Positions 38,502 through 51,778 of a stretch of 64,000 nucleotides of DNA are shown in pieces. The stretch comes from Mantamonas sphyraenae STR306. Taxonomy: Eukaryota > Protista > CRuMs. Below the pieces are notes generated by a model. That model did no database searches, had not been told where the DNA came from, and was given only the letters and a program-made list of their open reading frames with translations. The position numbers and the translations under genes were made by a program. The stretch covers positions 62,001 through 126,000 of the forward strand of contig JAPMXV010000074.1 of NCBI GenBank assembly GCA_026936335.1, read 5' to 3'. How positions within the stretch are numbered: the first letter of the stretch is position 1; every line of letters starts with the position of its first letter.

Positions 38502-38698
38502 GGGTGTTGAGAAAACTTGGGGGAGCGGGTGACGGTCAGGTCACTTCAAGACGCAACATGCCATCGACAACACACAACGCAACGAACAGACAGTGCCATC
38601 ACACGTGGGCCAAACCAGGTGCAAAAGGATGAGTGGGGATGATGCAGGAAGGGGACGAGGGTTTTGATGGTTGTCGCTTCGTCTTCTCCACAACACAA

Positions 38699-38960
38699 TC
38701 AACCGCGCAGGGCAAGGACAAGATGGAGCACAGAGCCACCCTGGATGTTGTAGTCACTGGCCGTCTTCTCGTCAGCCATCTGCTTGCCTCCGAAAATCAG
38801 GCGCTGCTGGGGCGGCGGGATGCCCTCCTTTTCCTCGATGCGCTCCTTGAGGCGTTCGATCTGATGATGGTTGTTGTTGTGGAAGGGGGGAAAGGAGGGA
38901 CGGGATGAGTCGGTGGAGTCTGGCGGGTTGAAGGCATGGGCATGTACGCATGTGCGACAT

Positions 38961-38995
<35 letters not shown>

Positions 38996-39342
38996 ACAGC
39001 GGGCTGGTCAAGCGCGGTTTGGCCGGAAAGAGGGGAATTCATAAGACTCAAAACCAAGTGTGAACACAGGGTTGAAGGCAGACAACGCAGATGCAGACAG
39101 GCGTACCTTGTCATCGGGCTCAATGTCCACGTCGATTTCCTTGCCCGTAAGCGTCTTGACCTTGATGAGCCTGGGTGGGGGGACAGGTGTGTTGGAGGGT
39201 GGCAGGTGAGCGGAGGAGATCGCAAACACGCGCGTGCAAACGCACGAGTGAGTGGAAGTGGGAAGACACGGAAATGGCGGAGGGCAGGCAGGGTGGGCAG
39301 TGATGTGGATTGGACACGGGCTTGATGTGGGCACACGTACAT
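38699..39342 (-). CDS. NEDD8: NEDD8/Rub1 ubiquitin-like protein, exons 39342-39341, 39170-39107, 38860-38699; ends in single Gly
   Basis: [75 protein letters not shown]; Ala72 is diagnostic of NEDD8 versus ubiquitin. Confidence 0.9.
38964..38994. repeat. (GT)n/(CA)n microsatellite in NEDD8 intron; representative of many (e.g. ~2964, 16030, 20495, 35811, 40093, 57450, 58208)
   Basis: Directly visible dinucleotide runs, largely confined to introns and 3' flanks. Confidence 0.9.
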
Positions 39343-39435
39343 GTCCAATTGCTGTGATGAGTGTTTGCGTGGCTGGGACGTCGCTGTCCGCGAGCTGCCT
39401 CATCCCCACCACCCCAAACCACACAAAGTCAAAGG

Positions 39436-41766
39436 ATGTCGACACGTGGCAAGGTGGAACCGGAGCAGGATGGGATGGACATGGACGGAGAGGGGACGTC
39501 GGTAGGGACGCATAGGAGGGGCGCAGGAGGAGGAGGAGCAAAGCAGGAACGTCAACTAGCTCTGGACGGCAGCAGCGGCACCCACGACCACGATGGGGAG
39601 TCGGACGAGGAAGAGGATGAGGTGCTGATGGAAGTGCCTGTGTTTGTAGACCACGACCTGGAATCACACATGTTTGTGACGCAGTTCCCACTGAGGCCGC
39701 GTACGAATCCGTACGTCAACCTGTTCTCGCTGCACAAGCAGATGCAACCCGAGTTTGACTTTGACGCAGAGGGAGCCGACGGCGTGGATGAGTCGGAGGT
39801 GCTCACGCAGGACCAGCTGCACGAGGGTGACATGCGTCAGGTGGACCATGCCGGGTGGGCAACGCAAATGCAGCAGCACCACCTGCGTCTGCGACAGGCT
39901 CGTGCTAAACCCAACCAGCGTGTGTTGGAAATGACGCTGGAGCGTGAAGGGTAAGCTGTGGTGACAGTGTAGGGTTGTCCAGAGGCCCGTGACGGACGGC
40001 CAGGGGGCGACCCGCATCAAAGTGATCAGGAACGCGCGTGTTTTCACCCTTTGCCCAGCGCGCTGACACCTCACATCGACACGCGATGTACGCACACACA
40101 CACACACACACACGCACGCGCATACAGCTCTGTGTTGGACCCAGCGCCGCAGGATTTGACACTGAGCAGCACGCTTGTGCCAAGCAAAACAAACTACGCG
40201 GTGGGCGTGCTGCACAACGGGGAGCTGCACCTGACGCCGATGCGTGGCCTGCTGCAGGTGAAGCCGACGTTCAAGGACGAGGCAGGCGCAAGGGGAGGTA
40301 CACAGAGGGAAGATGGCCATGACGATGAGATGGACGAGGATGAGGAGACAGGAAGCAACGCAGGGTCGCGCCTAAGCAAGGGCAAAGACATTGTGCCACC
40401 GCCGGTCAGCGTGCGCAAATCCGACGCGGCGAAGAACGAACGGGAGGAGAAAGAGCGGAGTGCACAGCGACTGACGGAGGAGCTGGCGAACGAGCCGTGG
40501 ATTGAGCTGACGGCACATGGCATCAACGACACAGTGAGCGAGGAGAAGCGGCAACAGATGCTGTGCACCCAGCGCAGCGCGATTTCCTGGGATCTGGGAG
40601 CGCGGGAGTATCTGCGCTCGCTGACGGAACAGGACGGCCAGCAGGAAGGCATGCGAAGCAGTAGCAACAATGGAGGAGGCGATGGCAGCGGGTCGATGGA
40701 TGTGTATGCGCGTGTGGCAGACTCGCACTCGAGGCAACCGATGTTGTCACGGGATGAGCTGCTGGAACACACGCTGGAGGAGCAGGTGACGATGTTGTTG
40801 CGACGTGCCAACGTGGTCCGCTTCTCCAAACTGCTGTCTGTGACGAGTGCAACGCGAGAGGACGAGCTGTTGGCGCCGTTGCAGCAGGTGGGTTCGATTG
40901 TGCACGGCCATTGGGTGTTGAACACCTCCCTGATGGAGGATCTGGACGACCGTGCCAAGGCGGCGCGAGACTACCTGCTGGGCAGTCTTGCGACGGAAAA
41001 CACCATCCAGCGCAAGGACTATGCGCGGCAGACGGGCTTTCCACAGGATCTGGTCAAGGCACAGCTGGTGCAGTTTGCACGGCTGGTGCCTGCCCAGGGC
41101 TGGCGTTTCAAGATGGATCCCGACGTGGAGTTTCTGGAGGCATACGGGGACATGTGGGAGGAACATCAGCGCGTATGGGCGCAGGTGCGTGCGGAAGCAG
41201 AGTCCAACCTGGCACGTCTCAAGAAGGATGCCGCCACGGCGGATCAGAGACGCAAAAAGTCGTCGAATCCACTGTCGCAGATGGGCATGAACATCCAACA
41301 CGTGAGCAGCGGGGAATTGCGGCAGGAACAGCCACGCAGGGTGAAACGGGAAGCGTACGACGACTCGCAGAGGGACAAGGTGCTGCAGGGGATCCGAGAG
41401 CTGGTGTTGCACTCATTCGACACCAATGGGGTGGTGCGCGAGGAGAACCTGCGGGAGGAGATGAAGAAGGAAACGCGTGGGTTGCCCGACCAGATTCCCG
41501 ACGAGCTGCTGTCGGACGTGCTGGAGGCAGAGGGTGTCACGGTGGCCGGCATGTGGGCACGCAAGCATGCAGATGACCCTGAGATGGACAAGTTCCGCCA
41601 GGTGGTGTTGGATCTGTTCCGCCAACGCAACACGTGGAAGAAGGGCGACATCATGGCACAGTGCAAGGAACGCCTCGGCTGCGAAATGCCCCAGGCAAAG
41701 TACACACGCATCATGAACGAACTGGCAAACACCAGTGGAGGCCAGTGGGTGTTGAAGAAAGGGTAG
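39436..41766 (+). CDS. POLR3E: RNA polymerase III subunit RPC5 (C37/Sin-like), 2 exons
   Basis: EVPVFV...QFPLRP and NYAVGVLHNGELHLTPMRGLLQVKPTF match the RPC5 dimerisation domain as recalled; C-terminal winged-helix-like segments; intron gtaagc..catacag ~39951-40127. Confidence 0.85.
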
Positions 41767-41837
41767 AACTTGTGGCATGCGATCATTCCATCAAACAAAA
41801 ACCGAATCCGTTGTCTTTTTTGCCAGATTTCCTCACG

Positions 41838-44800
41838 ATGACAGCCGTTCATGTGGGCGTGGTATATCCCACGTCTGATACTGAGGCCCATGTATCATCA
41901 TCGTCATCATCATCATCGTCATCATCATCATCCTCGGCAGGAGGCGGAGAGGTTGCAAACGGGGCAAGCAGGCACTTTCAACACACCACGTGCCACCACT
42001 GGCAACCAGAACCATCCAGCGACGGGATGTTGGTGGTGCTGGGTGGGGTGGCCAGCAGCAACCAAACCGGTGCACAACCACACAAACAGCACGGGCAGGG
42101 GACGGAGCAGCAGCAAGCAGCAGCAGGAGCCGCTGACCTTGCGCTTGTTCGACATCAAGGCAGAAACATGGGTGGAGCCACACACGACAGGAACTGCGCC
42201 GTGCAGCAGACATCTGCACACATCGTGGATTACGGGAAACACAGTCTACGTGTTTGGCGGACGTCATGGTGAGTGTGTGGATCGAGCGAGCGAGAGAGCA
42301 GCGCGAGCTGTGTGGAGGGAGCTCAGCGAATGGAACGGAACGGAACTGACACCCAGATTGCATCGGCATGACATGTGCGTGTGTGCATGGTGTGCACATG
42401 TGCACTGGGACCAGATTCGACGCTGTTGAATGACATGTACATTTTGGAGTTGGAGAGCATGCGATGGGCCGAGGTGAAGTGTTCAGGAAACCGACCGAGT
42501 TGCAGGCACGGAGCGGTGGGGGCGGTGCAGCAGCGAGACCAGGACACGGTGCTGCTGTTGTACGGTGGTGAGGAGGAAATGGGAAGCAGCAGCGACGTGT
42601 TTGCGTTTGACACCATGCAGCAGTCGTGGCGCAGGCCGATTCTTTCCGGCTGTGCCTTGCCCAGCTGCAACGGACGAACGCACGGGGCGCTGCAGCTGGA
42701 TGAGCACGGACGCATGGTGATCATGAAGCTGGAAACCAGCCGGGAACACACACAGGGAGACATGGGTCGTGGTCAGGAAAACCAAGAGGACATGCATGTG
42801 CGTCTGTACGCAGTCGACCAACACTTCCACTGCGCCGAGTTCCACGACACCGACGGATCGGCGCCCAGTGGGACCCTGCTCACGGCTCTCCTGGGTGGGC
42901 ATCTGTGGCAAGCAGACTCGATGGGCCACTGCAGGCTGGTGATGGAACATGCCATGCACCCGCGAGACACCTGGGTTTCGGTGACTCCTAACCTGGCCTA
43001 CGTGCTGCCTCATGCACAGACACCGCAGCAGAATGTGCTCCGTGTCACACTTTCCCAACAGACACAGCAGACACAACAGGCACAGCAGACACAACAGACA
43101 CAACAGGAGCTGCAGGAACAGAGGTCGCAGGAGATTGAACAAGGTGACGACCATGACCATGACCACTCGCCGCCTGCTCGTGTGTACAGTCCCATTGCAC
43201 GCCCGTCGTGGGCGTTGCCACACAACCCGTCGTGGACAATGGTGCCAGCAGCGTCCACATCCGCGTCGTCGTCGTGGCTGGGAGAATCGGCGTCCCCCGG
43301 ACGACGCCATGGCGCTTCGTCGTGCTACCACCGCGGCGTGGTGTGGCTGTTTGGTGGCTTTGCGTCCAACTACAAACAGGATGTGCATGCATGGGAGGTG
43401 CGTCGCAACAGATGGAGTCTGGTGGAGGCAAGGGGCGAAGTGCCGTCGCCGAGATACTGCCACTCCGCCTGCATGATGGACTCGGGCGTCATGTATGTGT
43501 TTGGCGGCTTCAGTGGCATTGTACGACATGCCGACTTGTACGCATTGGACACCGAATCGCACACGTGGAGCCACGTGCAGGGGGAGGGAGAGGTGCCGAG
43601 CCCGCGATCGCGTCACAGCGCCTGTGTACACTCTGCCACACAGTCCATGATTGTGTTTGGTGGCTCCAACGGAGGTCGACATGCGTTCAACGACCTGCAC
43701 GTGTTTGACGTCCAGGCACAGGCGTGGAGCAAGCCGCAAACGTACGGAACGACACCGGTGGCAAGGGACGATCACACAGCCGTGGTGATTGGCAACAGCA
43801 TGTACGTGTTTGGCGGATGCACCAGCGAAGGCGTACGTCTTAACGAATTGATGCACCTGGACCTGGACACAATGACGTGGTCGTTGGTGCAGACGCAAGG
43901 CAGCCTGCCTGCTGTGCGTGATCGCCACGCTGCCTTTGCCATGGGCGCGCGCATGTATGTGTTTGGCGGTTCCGAGAACAGCCGTGCGTTCAACCACAGC
44001 GTCTTTAACGACATCCACTGCTTTGACACACAGACCAACACTTGGGTCAATGTGGAACAGCATCTGCACGACGACACCAGCCCACGGCCTCGCTACGGCC
44101 ACACTGCATGCCCCATTGGCGACGCCTCCATGTTTGTCTTTGGAGGTCACACTGGACGTGGAGGCATCATTGACGAGCCTTGTGTCTTTCACGCGGGTGG
44201 TGACAGCGCCGCGAGCAGAGACAAGGTGCTGGAAACGGAAGGTCGGGATAGCAATGACGGCATGGAGCGCGTCTGCGTGCTTCAGGACGTGCGCATGTCA
44301 CAGACACAGCCTGTGGTGCTGGAAGGGGCACGGTACTTGACTGTGATGGTGAACAGCAAGGTGTTGCTGCTGCTGGGCCACGCCGCCGGACGAGCACACT
44401 TTCGTTTGCTCGAATTGGCATCGCTCACCTGGCACGAACCCCAGGTTGAAGGCGAGTGGCTCAGCAGCGACACCCTGCGCGCCGTGCCCATGCACACACG
44501 TGACAACAGCGTCCTCATCGTGGGAGGCTTTGTCAACACCAGCCTGGTGCACCTGATGCAACTCGACGTGCAGATGAACGACAGCGACGACGACACACCC
44601 ACCGTCATCATCAGCCAGCTTCAGTATCCAGTGCCAGACTGGGAACACGACCTGCCTGCATTTGAGGTGGTGAGTGGCCTTGCCGACGCTCCGCACGAGG
44701 TGGCGCTGGTCGGTCCTGTGGGCGAAGGCGGCCACACTCGAGTGCACGTGTTTGACGCACAAAACTCAGTATGGCACACTCCACAGCAGCAAAGTGGTCA

Positions 44801-47800
44801 ATCCAGCATCAACCAGCAGGAGGCACAACTGTACACATGCGTACGCAACGGTACGGGCACGGCCTTGGTCTGTCTGACTCGCGGCCTGATTGAGGGTTCT
44901 TCGCGTGCCTTGCGTGTCCATCAGCTCGATACGCGCTCATGGCTCTGGTCAGACCTGGCATGCATTGGTGCAGTGCCCACGTGTGACGCCGACACGCGCT
45001 TCGTCGCCTGCGCCCATCTGTCCACCACCAACCGTCTCGCTGTGCTCACCTCTGCTCTCAAGCTCCATTTGCTGGACATGGATCAGTTACGCTGGACCAA
45101 ACATGACGTGGCGTGCCTCAGCACACACATTCGCACACACATGCTTCTCACGGGAACCATGTGCATGCAGGACCTCGACAACGGCATCGTACTCCTCACA
45201 TGGGTACCCCCAGATGCAACCACCGTTCACACCTTTGTCCTGGACCTTGAGTATACGCTTTCCGACGAGCAAGCCATCCGCGCGCACAGTCTGGCCGCCG
45301 CCTCGTCGTCCTCATCGTCGTCCTCATCGTCAACAACAACAACACCATCATCATCATCATCAGCATCATCATCGTCGTCCATGGGTGCGATGGTGCAACT
45401 CTTCAGTGCCGAGGGGACTCTGAGTGCCAGCACAAGCGACAGCGACGCAGGGCACGGGCTGGTCCAATCCTCGCCATCCTCCATGACCATGGACGCACTC
45501 AACCAGATGAACGTGAACATGAATCGGTCTCTTTCTGGGGCTTCTGCATCCAGTGGGCCTCACGAGCGGTCACCGCGCACATTGGACCGCATGAGTGCCT
45601 CGTTGTCCATGGCACAGGCCATTGAAGCATCCAACAGCAACCACGGCGGTAGTGGAAGCAGCAGGAACATCAGCAACATCCACCACAGCAGCGGCGGTGG
45701 CTTCACTGGCAAGAGCAGCACGGCAGAAGGGCCCGTGTGGACGAGCTTGTTGCAATCTGGTGCGCAGCCGTCGCCGAGGAGGTACCACACGTGCACGGTC
45801 ATCTCACCCCACCACTTTCTGGTGTTTGGGGGCTGGGACTCGTCGTGTCACTACTTCAACGACGTGTGGGTGTACTCGGTGACGTCCAACAGCTGGACGT
45901 GCATGGAGTGCACGGGAAGTCCACCGTCGCCACGCAAGTGCCACTCGGCCGATCTGGTGGACGGCGTGCTGTACGTGTTTGGCGGCGGCGATGACGATCA
46001 ACGCCTGAACGACATGTACATGCTGGACACGCAGACGTGGGTGTGGACCCGCCTGGGTCTGAGTTCGGATGCACCGCACCGACGCAGCAGACACGCAACC
46101 TGCGTGTTGGACAAGCACATCTACTTCTTTGGAGGCAGCGACGGAAGCGGCGTACACTTCAACGACGTGGTGCTGTTTGACACCCAATCACACAGTTGGA
46201 TCAGGCCGCAGGTGCACGGCACAAAGCCGTGTGCAAGGGACGACCACTCGGCGGTGTTTGTGGGCCACAACCTGGTGGTGTTTGGTGGCTACGACGGACG
46301 TGCGCAGCTGAACGACGTTTGGGTGCTCAACACACGTACCATGAGTTGGAGCTGTCCCAGCATCAGTGGCACACCTCCCTTGCGCCGTGACCGCCACGTG
46401 GCCGTGCCTCTGGGCAATGTCATGGTCATCATGGGTGGCAAGGGCTGGGACACCTTTAACGACGTCCACATGCTGGACTGCCGCTCCTTCCGCTGGCTCA
46501 AGTTGGATCCCACCGTGGCAGAACAGTCGCGTCAGCCCACGCAACGCTACGGCCACGCAGCATGCATGCTTGGAGGCAAGCTGTACATCTTTGGAGGTTG
46601 GAGCAAAGGGTTTGCCTCGTCTGTCAATGACCTGCACATGCTCACGGTGTCGTCGTCCACACACGCAGGCGCATCAGGCGCCTCGGGCCCCTCCCTTCGC
46701 TTCCACCTGTCCATGAATCCGACCAAACTGACCGTGGGACAGCCCGTCACCTTTGTCATTTCCGCACGCGACAGTTTCGACCTGCCTGTGGACGTGCCCA
46801 TGGCTGCGTTGGATGTCAGCCTTCGACTGCCCGACAGCGCCTCGTCGTCGTCGTCTGCTTCCTCCTCCTCTTCATCATCATCATCATCATCCTCATCATC
46901 ATCGTCATCGTCGTCGTCGTCCGGCACACCAGTAGCAGTGGCACGGGTGGCATGCATTCCGCTGCGGATAACCTTGCTCGTGACGTGTACGAACCCGAAG
47001 TGATTCCGTTGGACAAGGGCGAGTATGCGTTCCACTACACCCCTCAACACGCCGGGTCCCACTCTGTGATGGCGTACTACCAACACCAGCCCATCGACTT
47101 TGTGGACAAGGTGCCGTACGACCTGTCGGTGCAGGTGCAGCAGGTGTGTGCGGCCAACACGCAGATCGAATCGCACCTGCCCAAGAGCGTGCACACCAAC
47201 CAAGTGTTGCAGTTGCACCTGCGCTGTTTCGACGCCCAGGGCAATCCAATGCGCGGTGGTGGCACTGCTGTGGCCATGCAAATCCTGGGACCGCAGTCGC
47301 TGGCGTGTCGCACAGTCGACCATGGCAACGGGTCGTACACATGCATGGCCACCGAGGCATTCTCCGTCCCGGGTGCCTACCATGTGTTGATTACTGTGGA
47401 GGAACGCCTGTGTGCACACTCGCCTCTGCCGTTGCAGGTAGACTGGAACCCAGGCGCGACATCCCACTGGCCTCGTTTGCTCGCCAGTACGCACGCAGCG
47501 TGGACATGTCCGACCTGTCCCAATCGCTTCGTACGCTCCAGGACCAGTTGGACTCGTTGCAGGCTGTGGATGCCATGGGCGATGCAGTGGATGTGTTTCG
47601 TGCCCAGTTGCGCCACGAGGAGCAATTCTTGACGGAGATTCGCCAGTTTCGGCATCTGGACCTGGACAGAGCCATTGCCGAAGAGGATGAGCTGTGTTCC
47701 GAGGCCTTTTACGCCGTACACAGTCTGTGTGCACAGGCAGGCCTGGACGTCAGTCTGGAGGTGACCATGGATGGCACGGGTGGACCCAGCGGGCCAGCGC

Positions 47801-50800
47801 CACCGGAAAAGGGGTACCGCATCGCCTCCATGTTTGGCATGGATGTATCCACCACCACCACCACGGATGCGATGTCAGGAGAGGAGGACGACGGGCCCGA
47901 GGGTGTTGATGGAGAGTGGCCCGTGGGTGATGAAGACGGCAACCACGGCAACAGCAACAGCATTCATGGCACACCGCAGCGTCGTCCAGCGTCTGTATCA
48001 TCGTTCGACTCGCCGTCAAAGCAGGATGTGCTGCTGCAACGCCGTCGTTCGATGTTGTCGGGCAGCATCGATGCACTGTTGGATGAGGAGCGTCCGTCGT
48101 CGCCAATGAGTGCACGCACGGCAAGTCCATCCCCCGCACCCAGTGTGGGATCGGTGGGCTCCACGACGGCAGGTGGAATCGGCAGCAACCACAGTGGCAC
48201 GCCGTCGCGCACCCAGGTGAGACAGGCAGCACGTGCACGCAATGCGTACCGTGAGCGGCTGCTCAAGGCGTACACACACATGGTGCAGGAGATGAATTTG
48301 CAGACGTCTGCCAGTGGCAAGTATGCCAAGCACAGCGGCGCCACGGCAGACAAGTACGACAAGGTGCTTGCGCGCATCCACGTGCATCCCAAAGAAGAGG
48401 AAGGTCGGCAGCAGCATGGAGACGATGACAGCAGTAGCAGCAGCAGCAGCAGGAGCAAGGACGCCTCCGAGGCAGAAGACAAGGGACGTGATACGGTGAC
48501 TCTGGCTGCGTACCGGCAGAGTGGAGAGCGTCAACGTGTGCAGAGCCACATGGAGGAGCTGGCCGAATGGAAGCAGCGTCTGGAGCGCGAGGCGTTGCAA
48601 GCCTACCAACGGGTGGAGTATGCCATGGAAGCCTTGCGTAGGGAGGTGGACGCGTGTGCGACGATTATGCAGCGAGTGCATCCGGACGGGGTGGGATTGA
48701 TGCAGGCGCTGGAACAGAGTGCAGAGCTGGAGCGAAGACACGCACGCGAGGAGAGCCTGCGTATGCGTGCGGTGCAGAAGGAACTGGCGCAGGTGCGACA
48801 GGAATACGAAGAGTGTCAAGCGTACTATCGACAGGTGGCACAGGTGGGTGAACAGATTGGTGCACTACGCAGGGCGGAGCAGGAAAAGAGACGCAGCATC
48901 ACAGAGAAAAAGCGTGCGCTGCGCCAGATGCAATCGGATCTGGACATCCTTCGCGATGAGTATGCATTTGAGTTGCAAGACGACCTCATGTTGTCGTTGG
49001 GCATGGATGCCAAAGACGCACAGGACTCGCAGATGGGTGTGGCCGAAGGATTGGGCTTGGACGGCGACCACCATCATCATCTGATGTTGTTTGGGGCGGA
49101 CGAGTCACTTGTGCAACGTTTGCAACGCAAGCAGGCCGTCATCGACAAGGAGAAGGAACAGCTGGGCCAGGCAAAGGTGGAGCTGGACGGCATTCGACAA
49201 CGGCTGCGTGACATTGCATTGCCCCATTACCCCGAGTTGCGCTACTTTCTGTCGCAAGCCACCAGTCTGAGCAGCACACTGAGCAGCAGCAGTATTGGAA
49301 GTGTCGGCGGCGCATCGTTATCGACGGTGGTGGCTGCGGCGGCGGCGGCGGAGGCGGGTCAAAGCGGTGACGGTGAGCATGGCGGGGAACTCACCACACC
49401 GTCGTCGTCCATGAGCATAGGAAAGGAAGAGGAGACGAGGAGGAAGCAGGAGCGCTTCTGCCAGTGGCTGCAGATGCAAGGGGTGTACAGCGAGCGCAGC
49501 ATGGAGGATTACCGTGTGTTGGAAGCGCGTGGGGCACACGACCACGTGCTGGTGGTGCAGATTGTGGGCGAGCGTGGGTCGCCACGTCACGTGCTCAAGC
49601 GTGTCAGCATGAACGACATGGAACGTGCACAGAGCGAAATCCGCCTGCTCGTCCAACTGCAGCACCCGGCCGTGGTGCAACTGGAAGCAGTCATCCTCGA
49701 TGACGCGTTTGCCTATCTGCAGATGCCCTACCACGACATGAACCTCTCCGAGTGGTTGGATCGCGAGAGCAAGAAGGATGGCGAGCAGCGCAATCAGAGT
49801 GGGCAAGGGGAAGAAAGCAGCAGCAGCAGCAGCAGCAGCAGTAGCAGTGGCAGCAGCAGCACGGGAACTGGTGGCATTGCATCGACACAGCTGAAGGAGA
49901 TCCTGCAGCAGGTGCTGCATGGCGTTAGCTATCTGTATTCGCAGCGGGTGGTGCACAGGGACATCAAACCGGACAACGTGCTGCTCACTGGTCGGTTCCA
50001 ACGCGAAGGAGTGTACGAGATCAAACTGTGCGACTTTGGTCTGTCCAAGAAGGACAGTGGTATCAACACGTCTGTGCACGAGAAGCGCTCCGAGGATGTA
50101 CGACCGTCGGGGACGGGTGTGTACCGTGCCCCCGAGCTGTGGCATGGCGAACGTGCAGGCTTTGCTGCCGACGTGTATGCCCTGGGTGTGCTGGTCATGC
50201 ATCTGTTCTTCCCCGACGTGGTTGCCTCGCTGGCGTCGTCGTCCAGGCAGTGGATGGGCACCTCGGACATTCCATCCATCACCGAGATGATTGCCGATCG
50301 AGGCAAGGGTGCATCGGCAGCCGCTGCACGGGTGGCCCTGAACGTCAACGAAGCCGTGCAGTTGTACGACCTGTTGAACAAGCTGTTGCAGGAAGATGCA
50401 TCGCAGCGACCTGACGTGGCCGACGTGCTGCTGCATCCGTTCTTTGCGGTGTCTGCACACAGGTTGAGCGACGGCGCACAGTGGATGCTGAGCTCCGATG
50501 CCAAGATCAAGGCGTTGTCCGCACACATGAAGTCGCTGACGCGCAAACGCAGCCGGATTTCGGTCAGTGTGTCGCGTGAGCTGCTGTTGGACACGCTGAC
50601 GGCTGCGTTGACGCAGATGCACGGCGACATGTTGTTCAACCGCATGAACATTGTGGTGGAAGGGGAAACAGGAGTGGATGCAGGGGGTGTCAGCAACGAC
50701 ATCTCGTCGCAGTTTGTGGAGAAATGCTTGGACAGTGACAATCCACGCTTGTTTGATTGTGCACGCGATGACGACGGCAACCCGGTGGGTGACACCTACC

Positions 50801-51596
50801 TGCCCTCTGTCGAGACAGGCGACGACCACCATCTGCTGGTGTTCCAGATGCTTGGCAGGCTGCTGGTCAAGTGTCTGATTGACTTGCGTCCCGTGCACTT
50901 TCGTGTGCCGGTGGCGTTGTTCAAGTTCCTCATGGGTCAGTGTGCAAGCACCGTGGAGGGAATGCTGGCCGACTTGGCGGCGTACGACCGACCCGCCGCA
51001 CAGATGCTGCGACGCAAGCTGGACGACGAGGACATCTCATCGTACGGCCTCACGTTTGCGGATCCCGAACGCGACGGAGCCGTGGTGGAGGTGGACAACA
51101 GCAACAGAGACCGCTTTGTGTACCTCAGCGCCAAGGAATTGTTGTATGACTGCCGTGCCGAGCAACTGGGTGCGATCAAGCGTGGATTCTTTGAAAGCGT
51201 GGATTTGAGCAACACCTCCTGCCGCATCTGAGTGCCCACGAGCTCATGTTGTGCCTGTGTGGCGAGGAACACATCGACGCAGAGATGATCATTGCCCAGT
51301 TGGAGCCGGTGGGGTTTGACGAAGGCAGCAAGACGATGGAGCTGCTCAAGCAGTTTCTGCGTGAAAGCAGCACATCGACCCTGCGCATGTTTCTGCTCCT
51401 CGTGACCGCCTTGACTGCCATCCCCTACGATGGCTTCCCCACCACCCTCAAGATCATCAAGAGCAACAACCTGGAGTCGCACACCTGCTTCAACCAGCTC
51501 AACATGCCCGAATACGACTCTCTCGACGACTTGCGTGAAGCCTTTGAGAACGCCGCCTTTGTCAGTCTGAGACACAGTCGGGAGATGCACCTGTGA
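41838..51596 (+). CDS. Giant multidomain protein: Kelch repeats - filamin/Ig repeats - coiled coil - Ser/Thr kinase - HECT E3 ligase (one intron, four frameshifts)
   Basis: Many R-x-x-H...YVFGG...ND...W Kelch repeats; filamin-like ISARDSF, RCFDAQGN, DHGNGSYT; kinase VLKR, HRDIKPDN, DFG, GTGVYRAPE; HECT GETGVDAGGV, AIKRGF, SHTCFNQLNMPEY. Kinase and HECT N-lobe share one ORF; the other joins are inferred across single-base shifts. Confidence 0.8.
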
Positions 51597-51778
51597 GGTG
51601 GACGCAGATCGGTGTCGTGTGTCAATCTCTGGCACAGTGGAGAGATTGTGCTGAGGTGGAGTATGTCAAGCAGAGAAGAGGGATCGAGTGAAGGCAGTGG
51701 CAGGTGTGAGAGCAAATGCAACAACGTTGATGATGCACAGCAAAGGCCAAGAGAACTTTTTCTTGTCAGTCTGACGCC

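Noticed and set aside
38529-38544. Hairpin upstream of aconitase as an iron-responsive element
   Set aside because: 5 bp stem is present but the loop is CUGACC, not CAGUGN, and there is no lower stem with bulged C.
46840-46922. (TCA/TCG)n, (AGC)n and (GAG)n runs as repeat elements
   Set aside because: They are in-frame poly-Ser/Gly/Glu linkers found throughout the coding regions.
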